From NCBI GenBank assembly GCA_040755515.1, contig JBFMAW010000008.1:135016-199015 (forward strand): a stretch of DNA of 64,000 nucleotides, read 5' to 3'. The notes below the pieces were generated by a model. It made no database searches. It had not been told where the DNA came from and saw only the letters and a list, made by a program, of their open reading frames with translations. A program made the translations under genes and the position numbers. This document shows, piece by piece, positions 31,370-40,943 of the stretch. Every line of letters starts with the position of its first letter. The first letter of the stretch is position 1. Source of the DNA: Thermodesulfobacteriota bacterium. Its GTDB lineage: Bacteria; Desulfobacterota; Desulfarculia; Adiutricales; JAGVGV01.

Positions 31370-31698
31370 GACAGGTGTTACTCGATGAACTCACTCGGAC
31401 CGACGTGGCCAGGCTCAAGGATTTTCTTGCCCGTAACGCCGCGGCGTCAGGGATGGAAGGGCTTTACTGGGTGGACTTGACGCCGGAACTGCTGGACCCT
31501 CGGCAGGTTCGAGAAACCGCGGATCAGCCTTTCTGTTTTGCCGTGGAAGTGGGCGACGACTGGGCCAAGTTCGAATTTCTCATTAGAAGCCGTCATAACT
31601 TGCGCAGCCCGGGCACCCGGTACGCCAACCAGGCTCAACTCATATACATACTGGATTATTCCAACCGGGTGATAGAAGAGCTGGGTTTGAGGACTTAA
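31366..31698 (+). CDS. Conserved hypothetical protein
   Basis: Translationally coupled (ATGA) to the upstream gene; globular-looking sequence. Confidence 0.7.
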   Translation: MRQVLLDELTRTDVARLKDFLARNAAASGMEGLYWVDLTPELLDPRQVRETADQPFCFAVEVGDDWAKFEFLIRSRHNLRSPGTRYANQAQLIYILDYSNRVIEELGLRT

Positions 31699-31733
31699 GA
31701 ATAAGCATCGATATTTCGTTCCCCTGTAATTTT

Positions 31734-31959
31734 AATTCCGGGGACACAATACTAAATTATGGTCAATGAGCATTTTACGGGCCAATGCCCCAGCATGGTT
31801 AAAATATCCCCAAGTTCAGCTCAGGACGCGCCGACCCGCTGGGACCGCGGGTTCTATCCGGAATCCAGGAATGATCCTATTCCGTTTGGTCCGGCCAAGG
31901 AGACCGGGCCCTAAGGGGATTAATTAAATATTGTGTCTCCAGAACATGTCCCCAGAACA
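31734..31959. mobile_element. Non-autonomous MITE-like element or transposase remnant bounded by imperfect inverted repeats
   Basis: Left TTCCGGGGACACAATACTAAATT (31736-31758) matches the reverse complement of right AATTAAATATTGTGTCTCCAGAA (31922-31944) at 19/23; right end duplicated in tandem. Confidence 0.65.
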
Positions 31960-31976
31960 AGAACAACACATATATC

Positions 31977-32207
31977 TCAGACCAGCAATCTGATCTGGGG
32001 CGCGCCTTTGTCGAGTTTCTCTCCGACCGAGGTCCCGCACCCGGCGCAGAGGTATTCATATTTGTCGCCGTCAGGTAAAACAAGCAGGAGCCGACTCCGG
32101 ACCGGCATGGCCCGCCGGCAATTCGGGCAATACAGTTGGGTCGCCTCCAGACCCTTGAATTGAGCCTGGCCCGGACGTCCGGGCCGCCGCGGATCGTTCA
32201 AGTTCAT
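31977..32207 (-). CDS. Small zinc-ribbon protein
   Basis: CPNC ... CAGC pair. Confidence 0.75.
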   Translation of the reverse strand: MNLNDPRRPGRPGQAQFKGLEATQLYCPNCRRAMPVRSRLLLVLPDGDKYEYLCAGCGTSVGEKLDKGAPQIRLLV

Positions 32208-32281
32208 CTTTCCCGTCTCCTGTTCGTTAAGACCCGATATTAATACCGCCTCGGGTCATGGACCGGCTTGACGCCTGGCAA

Positions 32282-33403
32282 CTACACCGCCGCCTGGAAC
32301 TCTCCGCCATCATAAAAGGCGCTTTGGCCGTGGTCCAGGTCCAGCCAGCGTTCCGCCAGACCTTCGGCCGACAACCAAGTTTTCAAATCCCGAGGAGGAA
32401 AATGCACCGGCTCGTCGCCCAGGCGGAAAGTCCCCCAGTGCGCGATCATCAGGCGCCGGGCCCTGATCTGGCGAAAGGCTTGCACGACCTCGGCCGGATT
32501 CATATGACTCTGGGCCATGAGCCAACGCGGTTCGTACGCACCCAGATTGAAAACGGCCAAGTCTATATCGAATTCCCGCCCGATTTCCTCGAAACCGGGA
32601 AAAAAGGCCGTGTCTCCGGAAACATAGATGGTCGGTCCCGTGGCGGTCTGGAGGAGATAAGAGCCCCAGAGGGAATCGTTGGGACCGGTGATCGGATTGC
32701 GCATGGTCCAATGGTCGCACGGCAGCAGGGTGATCTTGAGTCCATCGCGTTCAAGGACGTCAAACCAGTCCAGTTTTGTCCGCTTGGCGGCCAGCCCCTC
32801 CAGGGCCTGGTTGTACCCCAGCGGGCTGACCACGTGCAGGCCCGGCCCCAGGGTTGAGAGAGAAGGCCGGTCCAGGTGATCGTAATGACCATGGGTGATC
32901 AGAATCAGGTCCGGCCTGGGCAGGGCCGAAGGCTGGAATTCAAGGGGGCTGAAGTCCTTGAGATTGAACAGACCGTCCAGGATCGGGTCAATCAGTATAT
33001 GGAGGCCTTTGTCTTTGATCAGGATCGAGGCGTGCTTCAGGTAGGTCACCGACAAGCCTTTCCAGGCTTTGAGAAAGTTGAAGTCCACGGACACGGGTCT
33101 GACCTTCTCCTGGGGGTAGTAGTCCTTGAAATGGTTGCGATCGAAAAGCTTCCAGTAAAGGACCCGCGGCATGTTGCCATAGTCGGCTTCGGTAAAGGGA
33201 TTGATGAATCGGTCCGGGCCATGATGCAGCTTGAGCCGGGCCGTTTCGCGCAGGGAAAGACCCTGGGCCCGGCGGCGGGCCTCCAGCGTCAGTTCGCTTC
33301 TCCGGGCCTGGCAACCCGGCGCCAGTCCGCTCCAGGTCGTTCCAGCCGCCAAGCCGGCCAAGCCAAGCCCCAGGAGCCTCTTGATCATGGTTCTGCGCCT
33401 CAT
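32282..33403 (-). CDS. Tat-exported MBL-fold metallo-hydrolase (NAPE-PLD/RomA-like)
   Basis: RRR Tat-like leader; THGHYDHLD, GDTA, HMNPAE and HWGTF motifs. Confidence 0.88.
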   Translation of the reverse strand: MRRRTMIKRLLGLGLAGLAAGTTWSGLAPGCQARRSELTLEARRRAQGLSLRETARLKLHHGPDRFINPFTEADYGNMPRVLYWKLFDRNHFKDYYPQEKVRPVSVDFNFLKAWKGLSVTYLKHASILIKDKGLHILIDPILDGLFNLKDFSPLEFQPSALPRPDLILITHGHYDHLDRPSLSTLGPGLHVVSPLGYNQALEGLAAKRTKLDWFDVLERDGLKITLLPCDHWTMRNPITGPNDSLWGSYLLQTATGPTIYVSGDTAFFPGFEEIGREFDIDLAVFNLGAYEPRWLMAQSHMNPAEVVQAFRQIRARRLMIAHWGTFRLGDEPVHFPPRDLKTWLSAEGLAERWLDLDHGQSAFYDGGEFQAAV

Positions 33404-33443
33404 GTCAATGATTGTTCAGACCTTGTTTTACCCCCGTCAGCCC

Positions 33444-34163
33444 TCACCGGCGTCGCAATCGGGCTGGAGGTACCGGCGCCTCCACCGGATAGATGGGGTT
33501 GGCCAGGGTCCACCAACCTTCCTGCCGGTCGGCGGCCAGCTCGATCCGGGTCACATATTTGATGCTTTTGTAAGCCAGGTCAAAGGGTGATATGACCCGC
33601 AGAGGCGCACCATGGTCAAAGGGCAGCGGCTTACCGTCCAGATCCAGGGCCAGGAGAGCCTGCTTTTCCGGATTCAGCAGTTGGCTGATCGGGAACGATT
33701 CGACATAATGACTCTGGCCTTCAGGCGCACCCCGAGTCTCACCCAGGGAATGAAACACGACGAACCGAGCCCCTGGTGTTGGTTTGACCTTCTTTAATAT
33801 TTCTTCGAACCGGATTCCGCCCCAACGCAAGTCGGCTACTGACCAGCCTTCCACGCAGTGAAAATCCGAAACCTGTTCCACCTGGGGCAGGGCTCTCAAT
33901 TCATTATAGGACCACCTGACCGGTGCTTCCACCAGGCCATCCACAACTAGATGATAAATCTCTTCCCCGCCCGAGCGGTAACGTATCCTGCCCGAGGTCG
34001 GATCAAATGTCCAGCCTTCCTTTTCCACGGTGCGCACCGGAAAATGTTCCTTGAAAAAAGACCAGCCGGCGCGGGGCAGGCTCAAGAAAAATCCCAGTGC
34101 TCCCAGACCCCTCAATAGGAGCCGCCGACTAAAGCCTTGAATATTTCTTATATTTTCAGACAT
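33444..34163 (-). CDS. Tat-exported sulfite oxidase-family molybdoenzyme (MsrP/YedY-like catalytic domain)
   Basis: SRRLLL Tat motif; DFHCVEGWS Mo-ligating Cys; HGAPLR; YKSIKYV. Confidence 0.88.
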   Translation of the reverse strand: MSENIRNIQGFSRRLLLRGLGALGFFLSLPRAGWSFFKEHFPVRTVEKEGWTFDPTSGRIRYRSGGEEIYHLVVDGLVEAPVRWSYNELRALPQVEQVSDFHCVEGWSVADLRWGGIRFEEILKKVKPTPGARFVVFHSLGETRGAPEGQSHYVESFPISQLLNPEKQALLALDLDGKPLPFDHGAPLRVISPFDLAYKSIKYVTRIELAADRQEGWWTLANPIYPVEAPVPPARLRRR

Positions 34164-34423
34164 GACCTTATCCTCCTCGCCGCTCGCGTCTCCGGCGCCG
34201 CCTGGGGGGCCAAAACTTGATATCGCGCCGGCCCGGAACGGCCCGTTCATATATTCCAATTATAAGCATGATCCGGAGCCGGACAAGAAGGTGGGCTTTC
34301 ATCTCTCCGATTCCGGCAACCGGTTGGCTATCGGCTGGATCATCGTTTCGGTGTGTGTAACTTTTTCCCGTCCGCGGTCTCTCCAAAAGCAATAGTCCGG
34401 ATTGTTACCGAGGAGTCTGAAAC

Positions 34424-35518
34424 ATGGAGATCAATAGAAGGAGCTTTCTCACCGGCGCTATGGCCGCGGCGGGCGCGGCCGCGGCCTCGGGCCTGACCCT
34501 GCCTCAGGCGGTCCAGGCCTCCTCCGGCCGGGAACTGGCCACCATGCTGGACCTGTCCAAGTGCATCGGTTGCGAGAGTTGCGTCGAGGCCTGCCGGGAA
34601 GTGAATAAGAAATACATGCGCGATCCGATCAAGCCCATACCCAGGATGTTTCCGGAGCGGGTCAAGATCGAGGACTGGTCCGAAAAAAAGAACGTGACCG
34701 ATCGCCTGACCCCGTACAACTGGCTGTACGTGGAAAACCTGGAAGTCAAGAAAGACGGTGAGGATTTGACCGTGAATATTCCCCGGAGGTGCATGCACTG
34801 CCAGAACCCGCCCTGCGCCAATCTCTGTCCCTGGGGCGCGGCCAATAAACAGGACAACGGCCTGACCGTCATCGATCCGGATATATGTTTGGGCGGGGCC
34901 AAATGCCAACAGGTCTGTCCCTGGAACATCCCGCAGCGCCAGAGCGGCGTGGGTCTTTATCTTAGTATCGCGCCGGCGTACGCCGGCAATGGGGTCATGT
35001 TCAAGTGCCACCGCTGTCATGAACGTCTGGACAAGGGAGAGCTTCCGGCTTGCGTTGAAGTCTGTCCGGAAAAAGTCCAGACCATCGGCCCGCGCGAACG
35101 GATAATCGCCCAGGCCCACGCTCGGGCTAAGGAGATCGGCGGTTATATCTACGGTGAACATGAGAACGGAGGGACCAACACGATTTACGTTTCTCCCGTG
35201 CCCTTCGAACAGTTGAACCAGGCCCTGCGGGCCAAGATAGGCCGGATCGTCGAGGCCGAGGTTAAAGGGGCGGTCAAGGCCAAAGGCTTGCCGTCCGCGC
35301 CCGAGGAGTTGAAGAAGGCGATAGCCAAGCGCGAGCGGGATGGCCGGCCTCACTTCAAGCCCGTGGGGAACAGCATGGCCCAGGCCGAGAATCTGACCCT
35401 GGCCCTAGTGGTCGCGCCCATAGCCGGCGTAGCCGCGGCCTTACACAAGGCTCGTAAAATGATTTCTCGTCTGAGTCCGGGGAGCGAAGACCGGAAGGAG
35501 GACAACGGGAATGTCTGA
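34424..35518 (+). CDS. Tat-exported 4Fe-4S electron-transfer protein (NrfC/DmsB/HybA-like)
   Basis: NRRSFL Tat motif; CIGCESCVEAC, CMHCQNPPCANLCP, CLGGAKCQQVCP, KCHRC..PACVEVCP; C-terminal TM anchor. Confidence 0.9.
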   Translation: MEINRRSFLTGAMAAAGAAAASGLTLPQAVQASSGRELATMLDLSKCIGCESCVEACREVNKKYMRDPIKPIPRMFPERVKIEDWSEKKNVTDRLTPYNWLYVENLEVKKDGEDLTVNIPRRCMHCQNPPCANLCPWGAANKQDNGLTVIDPDICLGGAKCQQVCPWNIPQRQSGVGLYLSIAPAYAGNGVMFKCHRCHERLDKGELPACVEVCPEKVQTIGPRERIIAQAHARAKEIGGYIYGEHENGGTNTIYVSPVPFEQLNQALRAKIGRIVEAEVKGAVKAKGLPSAPEELKKAIAKRERDGRPHFKPVGNSMAQAENLTLALVVAPIAGVAAALHKARKMISRLSPGSEDRKEDNGNV

Positions 35519-35981
35519 TCAATCCAGAACCGCGGTCATGGGCCGGAGCTTGAAAGGGTTGTATTATTTGACCTTGACCGCCCTGATCTTCAGCGGCTTC
35601 GGCCAGATGCCGATCTTCAAGAGGTATTACCTGGCCGACGTGCCGGGACTGGCCTGGACCGCCGATTTTTATGTGACCCTGGTCATCCATTACCTGGCCG
35701 CGGCGGTCTTTCTCGGCTTGACCTTTTATTATTTGCTCTATAGTTGGAGGGTTAGCCGCCCGTGGCCGCCTGAGGGCGCCTGGAGCTGGATCAAGGGCCT
35801 TTCATTTCTGGCCTTGATCGCCACCGGGGCCATTCTGGCGATGAGGAACCTGCCCTGGCTCGTCTTTCCGAAAGGACTGGTTATAATTTCCGCCCTGACG
35901 CACGTTTCCGCGACCATGCTTTTCTTGCTGGGGGCCGTGGTTTTCTTGTTCCTGCGCCCCCGCGCCGGTCGGGTCGGTTGA
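35511..35981 (+). CDS. Four-helix membrane protein, cytochrome b-like partner of the FeS protein
   Basis: Four TMs with two intramembrane His (VIHY, LTHV); coupled to the upstream gene. Confidence 0.7.
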   Translation: MSDQSRTAVMGRSLKGLYYLTLTALIFSGFGQMPIFKRYYLADVPGLAWTADFYVTLVIHYLAAAVFLGLTFYYLLYSWRVSRPWPPEGAWSWIKGLSFLALIATGAILAMRNLPWLVFPKGLVIISALTHVSATMLFLLGAVVFLFLRPRAGRVG

Positions 35982-36899
35982 AGACCCGGCCGGAGGGAAT
36001 ATCCTCTCCGGGGCCCTTTTCCAGCGGCGGTGTCCCCATAACCATTGTTCGGGGTGGGCCAGAATATAGTCTTCGATAAAGCCAGTCATTTTCTGCATGT
36101 CCTCGACCACGGCGGTTTCCTTGTTTTCGGTCCGACTCAGTTCCACTTCCGGATGGAAGACGATGGCATGGCCGCCGCGGTCTTCGCGGTGGATGAAAAC
36201 GGGCAGCACCGGCGCGCCCGTTTTACGGGCGATCAGGGCGGGCAGTTTGGTGGTCATGGCCGGCCGGCCCAGGAAGTCGACCGCGCAGCCTTCCTTGACC
36301 AGGACGGCTTGGTCAATGAGGATGCCGATCATGCCGCCGTGTTTCAATTCGGTGAGTATGCGCCGGACCGCGCCTTGCTTGTAAATGATGTTGTTGCCGC
36401 CGGCGGCCCTGATCTTATCCACTATTCGTTCCAAAAAGGGGTTGTTCTGGGCCCGGGCCACCACCGAGTATCGAGTCGAGTACCGGCGGGCCATGGCCAA
36501 GCCCAGCAGTTCCCAGTTGCCGCAGTGGCCGGTGATCATGATCAGGCCTCGCTTTCCGGCCCTGGCCTTGAGGTAATGCTCCTCGCCCTCGACCCTGACC
36601 ACGTCGCAGGCGTGGTCGGTCCGGCCATGATAGATTTTTAATATTTCGATAAAGGATCGGCCCATATGTCCGAAATAGCCCAGCGCCAGGTCCCGGGCCG
36701 TCCGGCCGGCGGGCAGGGCGCCCAGGGCCAGACTCTTTTCGATGTTCTCCAAGGCGATCCGGCGGCGGCCGGGCCATAGCCAAAAGACCAGGCGGCCCCC
36801 GGTTTCGCCGATCTTGTAGGCCAGCGAGCCGGGAAGGGCCGCCAAGGGCCAGGTTACCAGCCGGACAACAGTTTCAAAGATACTGATTAAGATATTCAT
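35802..36899 (-). CDS. Lipid A late acyltransferase (LpxL/HtrB family)
   Basis: TGHCGNWE, LIDQ and HPEQWLWGHRRWK motifs. Confidence 0.88.
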   Translation of the reverse strand: MNILISIFETVVRLVTWPLAALPGSLAYKIGETGGRLVFWLWPGRRRIALENIEKSLALGALPAGRTARDLALGYFGHMGRSFIEILKIYHGRTDHACDVVRVEGEEHYLKARAGKRGLIMITGHCGNWELLGLAMARRYSTRYSVVARAQNNPFLERIVDKIRAAGGNNIIYKQGAVRRILTELKHGGMIGILIDQAVLVKEGCAVDFLGRPAMTTKLPALIARKTGAPVLPVFIHREDRGGHAIVFHPEVELSRTENKETAVVEDMQKMTGFIEDYILAHPEQWLWGHRRWKRAPERIFPPAGSSTDPTGAGAQEQENHGPQQEKHGRGNVRQGGNYNQSFRKDEPGQVPHRQNGPGGDQGQK

Positions 36900-37240
36900 T
36901 TTTACATCGGCTCTCGACCGCTAAGACGCGCCTCAGAGTTACCCTCGCCTGTTTAATTTGTCAAGGCGGCCGAAGCGATCCGGAATAAGAACGAACCCAG
37001 GCTTTGACCTGGTCGCCGGTTATAGCGGATCGGGCTTGCCCTCTTTGACCAACGTATGCTATTTGATACTAATGATTTGATCGGGTTGGGCACCTCAAAC
37101 TCATGATGACCGGCTGTATATCCCTGCTCCATCATCCTAACCCCTAAGAATAGTTTAATAGGCGTCTATATAACTCAAATTTGGTGGTAGTATTTGGTTC
37201 AAGCGCCTGAAGGGCGGATAACAGAAAAGGAGGTATTGCC

Positions 37241-37498
37241 ATGGACGACGTTCGCAAGGAAATGTTCAAACTGTGGAAGGCCTCTTGGGAGGGATACGCC
37301 AAATCCATCCAAACCATGAGGGACCAGGGCGACAAGATGCTGGAGATGCTTTTTGCTCAAGGTGAAGCTTTCAAGGGCGAAGCCCAAAAATCCTTGCAGG
37401 AAATGTCCGCTAATACCAAGAAGGCTCAAGACGCCTTTTTCAAAGCCATCGAGGATAACCTGGCCAAAATGGAAGAGACTTTCAAGTCGGAGAAATAG
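37241..37498 (+). CDS. Small amphipathic helical protein, candidate phasin
   Basis: AAAGGAGG RBS; all-helical K/E/Q/A-rich composition; first gene of the PHA cluster. Confidence 0.7.
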   Translation: MDDVRKEMFKLWKASWEGYAKSIQTMRDQGDKMLEMLFAQGEAFKGEAQKSLQEMSANTKKAQDAFFKAIEDNLAKMEETFKSEK

Positions 37499-37546
37499 CA
37501 GGCCGAAACAAGGACGTCGCCAAGTCCTAACCACTATCGGAATTCC

Positions 37547-38005
37547 ATGGACCCGAAGTTCATAGAATGGCTGGGTCAAACCCTCATCGGTTGCGCCCGT
37601 CAAACCCAAGCCTTGTCGGACCTGACCCGCCTCTTCACCGGCGGCGGGACAGCGGACAAAGCCGCCTGGCCAGCCGGGCTCATCCTTCCTTTTGCCCCGG
37701 AAGTCATGAACGATCTGTACCGGGAATGGCTCAAGGTCATGGGCGCCGTCCCCAAGTCGGACTATGACGCCCTGTCAGCCAAGGTCCAGACGTTGGAAAT
37801 GGAGTGTCGGCAACTCAAAGCTGCATTGTTGCTGATCAAACCGGCTATCGGAGACCTAACCGGACCAACAGCCATTGAAACCGCCGCCGAATTGGGACTC
37901 AATCTGACCAAGGACTGGCTGAACTTCTTCGAACAACTGATGAGCGGCTCCGGGGCCAAGGCGGAAGACGGCCAACAACCAACCGAAGAAACCTCTAAAA
38001 AATAG
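37547..38005 (+). CDS. Hypothetical coiled-coil protein, candidate PHA granule-associated protein
   Basis: MGAVPKSDYDALSAKVQTLE resembles the coiled-coil segment of PhaE/PhaF-type proteins; lies inside the PHA cluster. Confidence 0.65.
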   Translation: MDPKFIEWLGQTLIGCARQTQALSDLTRLFTGGGTADKAAWPAGLILPFAPEVMNDLYREWLKVMGAVPKSDYDALSAKVQTLEMECRQLKAALLLIKPAIGDLTGPTAIETAAELGLNLTKDWLNFFEQLMSGSGAKAEDGQQPTEETSKK

Positions 38006-38102
38006 TCCGAGGACCAAGGGGCGTTGATATCAGCGGCCCGCATGCTCATAAACCAGGTTTGTGTAAAAGATCACTGCCGGCGCCGGATCAAGGGGGAAAA
38101 TT

Positions 38103-39218
38103 ATGACCGATGAGGACAAGCTCAAGGGCCCGTGGACGGACTGGGTGAGTTTCCAGAACAAGATGTTCGAACAATGGATGAACGTTTTTAAGACCGGCCT
38201 TAAGGGAACGACTCCAGGCCCTGAGGCCGCGGTCACCTCACCATTTGATTTTTACCAAGCCTGGCGGGACACGTGGGGCAAGACCTGGGGTTGGGGCTTA
38301 GAAGCCGCCGCGGCCGAAGGCTTGGGCGCGGGAGTCTACGATAAGATGCTGGGGGCGTCCAAGGTTTACAGCCAAGTCCTCTCGTTTTGGAGCCAGGCCA
38401 TGACCCGGTTGGCCAAGCTTCCGGCAGACCAAACCCTGGATCTGGATGCGCTCAAGGCCCTCCAAGATGACCTGAGGACCGACTACCAGCAAGTGATGAC
38501 CGCCTTATGGGGGACGATTCCCTCGCCAGTGCCCCAGGAATCGCTCAAAGCCTTCCTCGAATCCGGCGGTACGGCCTGGGACGTGCTCTGGCGTTTTCTG
38601 GAGCCGTCTTTTAAACACCTGTCTCAGGTCCCCGCCACGGCCCAGAAGTATTTTGCCGGTGATACCGGTGCGGCCGCCGAACTAGCCGGGCTCTTTCGTA
38701 AGACCTACCATGACACCATAGGTCGCTCGCTGCGCGCCCCCTCCCTGGGCTTTTTCCGCGAGGCCGTAGTCAAATTCCAGCGCACCGTTGACGCCTATAT
38801 TGAATATCAGGCTGCGGCCCAGGAGTTTAATTCTCTCTTCCAGGCCACCAGCCAAAAGGCCATGGAAAAGGTTCTCGGCCGGTTGACCGAATTTGCCGGC
38901 CGGCAGCCTTCACCTCAAATCTCTAAGGAATTTTACCGGTTGTGGCTGACCATCAACGAAGAGACGTATCACGACCTCTTCCTGTCCAAGGAATTCACCC
39001 GGATTCTGCGGGAGGTGTTGACTAGAGGCCTGCAGTTCCGCAAGTGGTGGGACGATCTGTCCGATGATCTGTTGGAGTTGACCAATCTGCCCGGGAAAAA
39101 GGACATGGACGAGGTCTACCGGGCCATTTATGAACTCAAGAAAGAAGTCCGCTGGCAGAGGCGCCGCATTAAGGAACTGGAAAGATGCCTTGGGCCGGCC
39201 GCAGTCGCTCAGACTTGA
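38103..39218 (+). CDS. phaE: Class III PHA synthase subunit PhaE
   Basis: EFYRLWLTINEETY...F and LNLPGKKDMDEVYRAIYELKKEVR-type C-terminal motif; immediately upstream of phaC. Confidence 0.85.
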   Translation: MTDEDKLKGPWTDWVSFQNKMFEQWMNVFKTGLKGTTPGPEAAVTSPFDFYQAWRDTWGKTWGWGLEAAAAEGLGAGVYDKMLGASKVYSQVLSFWSQAMTRLAKLPADQTLDLDALKALQDDLRTDYQQVMTALWGTIPSPVPQESLKAFLESGGTAWDVLWRFLEPSFKHLSQVPATAQKYFAGDTGAAAELAGLFRKTYHDTIGRSLRAPSLGFFREAVVKFQRTVDAYIEYQAAAQEFNSLFQATSQKAMEKVLGRLTEFAGRQPSPQISKEFYRLWLTINEETYHDLFLSKEFTRILREVLTRGLQFRKWWDDLSDDLLELTNLPGKKDMDEVYRAIYELKKEVRWQRRRIKELERCLGPAAVAQT

Positions 39219-39292
39219 GGCCAAGGCCGCGGCGCGGTTCATTCTACCAGGCCTTTTCTTGACCATGATTCGAAAGTCAGGAGGGATCAGCC

Positions 39293-40387
39293 ATGATTTT
39301 TGACCTGGGATATTATGAGGAGTTGATAAAGGAGGCCAGCCAGGTCCAGCAGAAGCTGCTTCGGGGTATGGAGGCCATGCTCACTATTGATCGGGTGGAA
39401 AGCGGCGTCACCCCGTACGAAGTCGTGTATCGCGAGGATAAACTCAAACTCCTGCACTATTCGCCCGCCGAAGCTCCGGCCGCGACGGTGCCCCTGCTGG
39501 TCTCTTATGCCTTTGTAAACCGCCAATACATGATGGACATTCAGGAGGACCGCTCCCTCTTCCGCAAGTTCATGGAAATGGGTTTGGACCTGTATGTCAT
39601 AGACTGGGGATATCCAGGCAAAATGGATAAATACCTGACCATGGAAGACTATCTCCTGGGGTACATGGATAACGTGGTCGAGGTGGTCCGGGAAAAAACC
39701 GGCCATCAAAAGATCAACCTCCTGGGTGTCTGTCAGGGCGGGACCATGGCCATCATTTACTCAGCCTTGTTTCCGGAGAAGATCAGGAACCTGGTGGCCA
39801 TGGTCGCGCCGGTGGACTTTCACGCCACCGACCAGGGTCTGCTCAACTTATGGTCCACCTACATGGATGTGGACCTGATGGTGGACGTTTTCGGGAACAT
39901 CCCGGGCGAATTCATGAATCTGGGCTTTTTATGGTTGAAGCCGTTCCAGCTCATAATAGATAAATACATGGGCCTTTTGGACAACGTGGACAATCCGGCG
40001 GTCTTGAAAAACTTCCTGCGCATGGAAAGCTGGATTTTTGACTCGCCTGATCAAGCGGGCGAGACCTTCCGCAAATTCATCAAAGACATGTATCAACAAA
40101 ACAAACTGGTCAAGGGTGAGTTTACCGTGGGCGGCCGCCGCGTAGACCTGAAGAAACTGACCATGCCCATCCTGAATATCTTCGGCGAACAAGACCATCT
40201 GGTGCCGCCGGAGTGCTCCCGGCCCCTGTCCAAACTGGTCGGGTCCACGGATGTAACCACCCTGGGCTTTCCTTTAGGCCATATCGGCATGTATGTCAGC
40301 TCCCACGCCCAAAGAGACATTGCCCCCACCGTGGTCAAGTGGCTCATCGAGAGGTCGGGAGGTCAGGAGTCCGCGGCTGGGAGCTGA
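39293..40387 (+). CDS. phaC: Class III PHA synthase subunit PhaC
   Basis: 364 aa; lipase box GVCQGG, catalytic D (DHLVP) and H (GHIG), MESWIFDSPDQAGE. Confidence 0.95.
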   Translation: MIFDLGYYEELIKEASQVQQKLLRGMEAMLTIDRVESGVTPYEVVYREDKLKLLHYSPAEAPAATVPLLVSYAFVNRQYMMDIQEDRSLFRKFMEMGLDLYVIDWGYPGKMDKYLTMEDYLLGYMDNVVEVVREKTGHQKINLLGVCQGGTMAIIYSALFPEKIRNLVAMVAPVDFHATDQGLLNLWSTYMDVDLMVDVFGNIPGEFMNLGFLWLKPFQLIIDKYMGLLDNVDNPAVLKNFLRMESWIFDSPDQAGETFRKFIKDMYQQNKLVKGEFTVGGRRVDLKKLTMPILNIFGEQDHLVPPECSRPLSKLVGSTDVTTLGFPLGHIGMYVSSHAQRDIAPTVVKWLIERSGGQESAAGS

Positions 40388-40502
40388 GGAACTTTTATAT
40401 AAGGGAGGGCCCGCGGGCGCCTCGACCAGAACCACATTTCTCCGGAATGAAGCGCCGGTCATCTAATGGGCTGACCAGCAGCCGTTGACGAAAGGATAGA
40501 CC

Positions 40503-40943
40503 ATGAGCGAACGGATATCACGGCCCGGGCAGGGCTTGACCCTGGATGAATTGAGCCTGGGCCAAGTTTATGAACGGAAATTTCAGGTCACCGAGCAGAT
40601 GATTGAAAAATTCGCCGAGGCCAGCGGCGACGTCAATCCCATCCATTTGGACGAGGAATACGCCCGGAAGTCAATCTTCAAGACCAGGGTGGCCCACGGC
40701 ATGCTGCTGGCCGGTTTCATATCCGCGGTTCTCGGTTGCGAGTTCCCTGGGGCGGGCACGATTTATCTCGGCCAGACCTTGAAATTCCTGCGTCCGACCC
40801 TGATCGGGGACGAAATTACGGTCAAGGTGACCATTCAGGAAATGATGAAAGAAAAAAACCGGGCCCGTTTGGAGACGGTCTGCTTTAACCAGCGCGGAGA
40901 AACGGTCTTAACCGGCGAGGCCTCCGTAATGCTGCCCACCTGA
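40503..40943 (+). CDS. phaJ: (R)-specific enoyl-CoA hydratase, MaoC family
   Basis: SGDVNPIHLD...AHGML hydratase 2 motif; adjacent to phaC. Confidence 0.85.
   Translation: MSERISRPGQGLTLDELSLGQVYERKFQVTEQMIEKFAEASGDVNPIHLDEEYARKSIFKTRVAHGMLLAGFISAVLGCEFPGAGTIYLGQTLKFLRPTLIGDEITVKVTIQEMMKEKNRARLETVCFNQRGETVLTGEASVMLPT

Noticed and set aside
31934-31965. Short tandem repeats considered as a CRISPR remnant
   Set aside because: Only two 13-bp units with no spacers and no cas genes; better explained as an iterated element end
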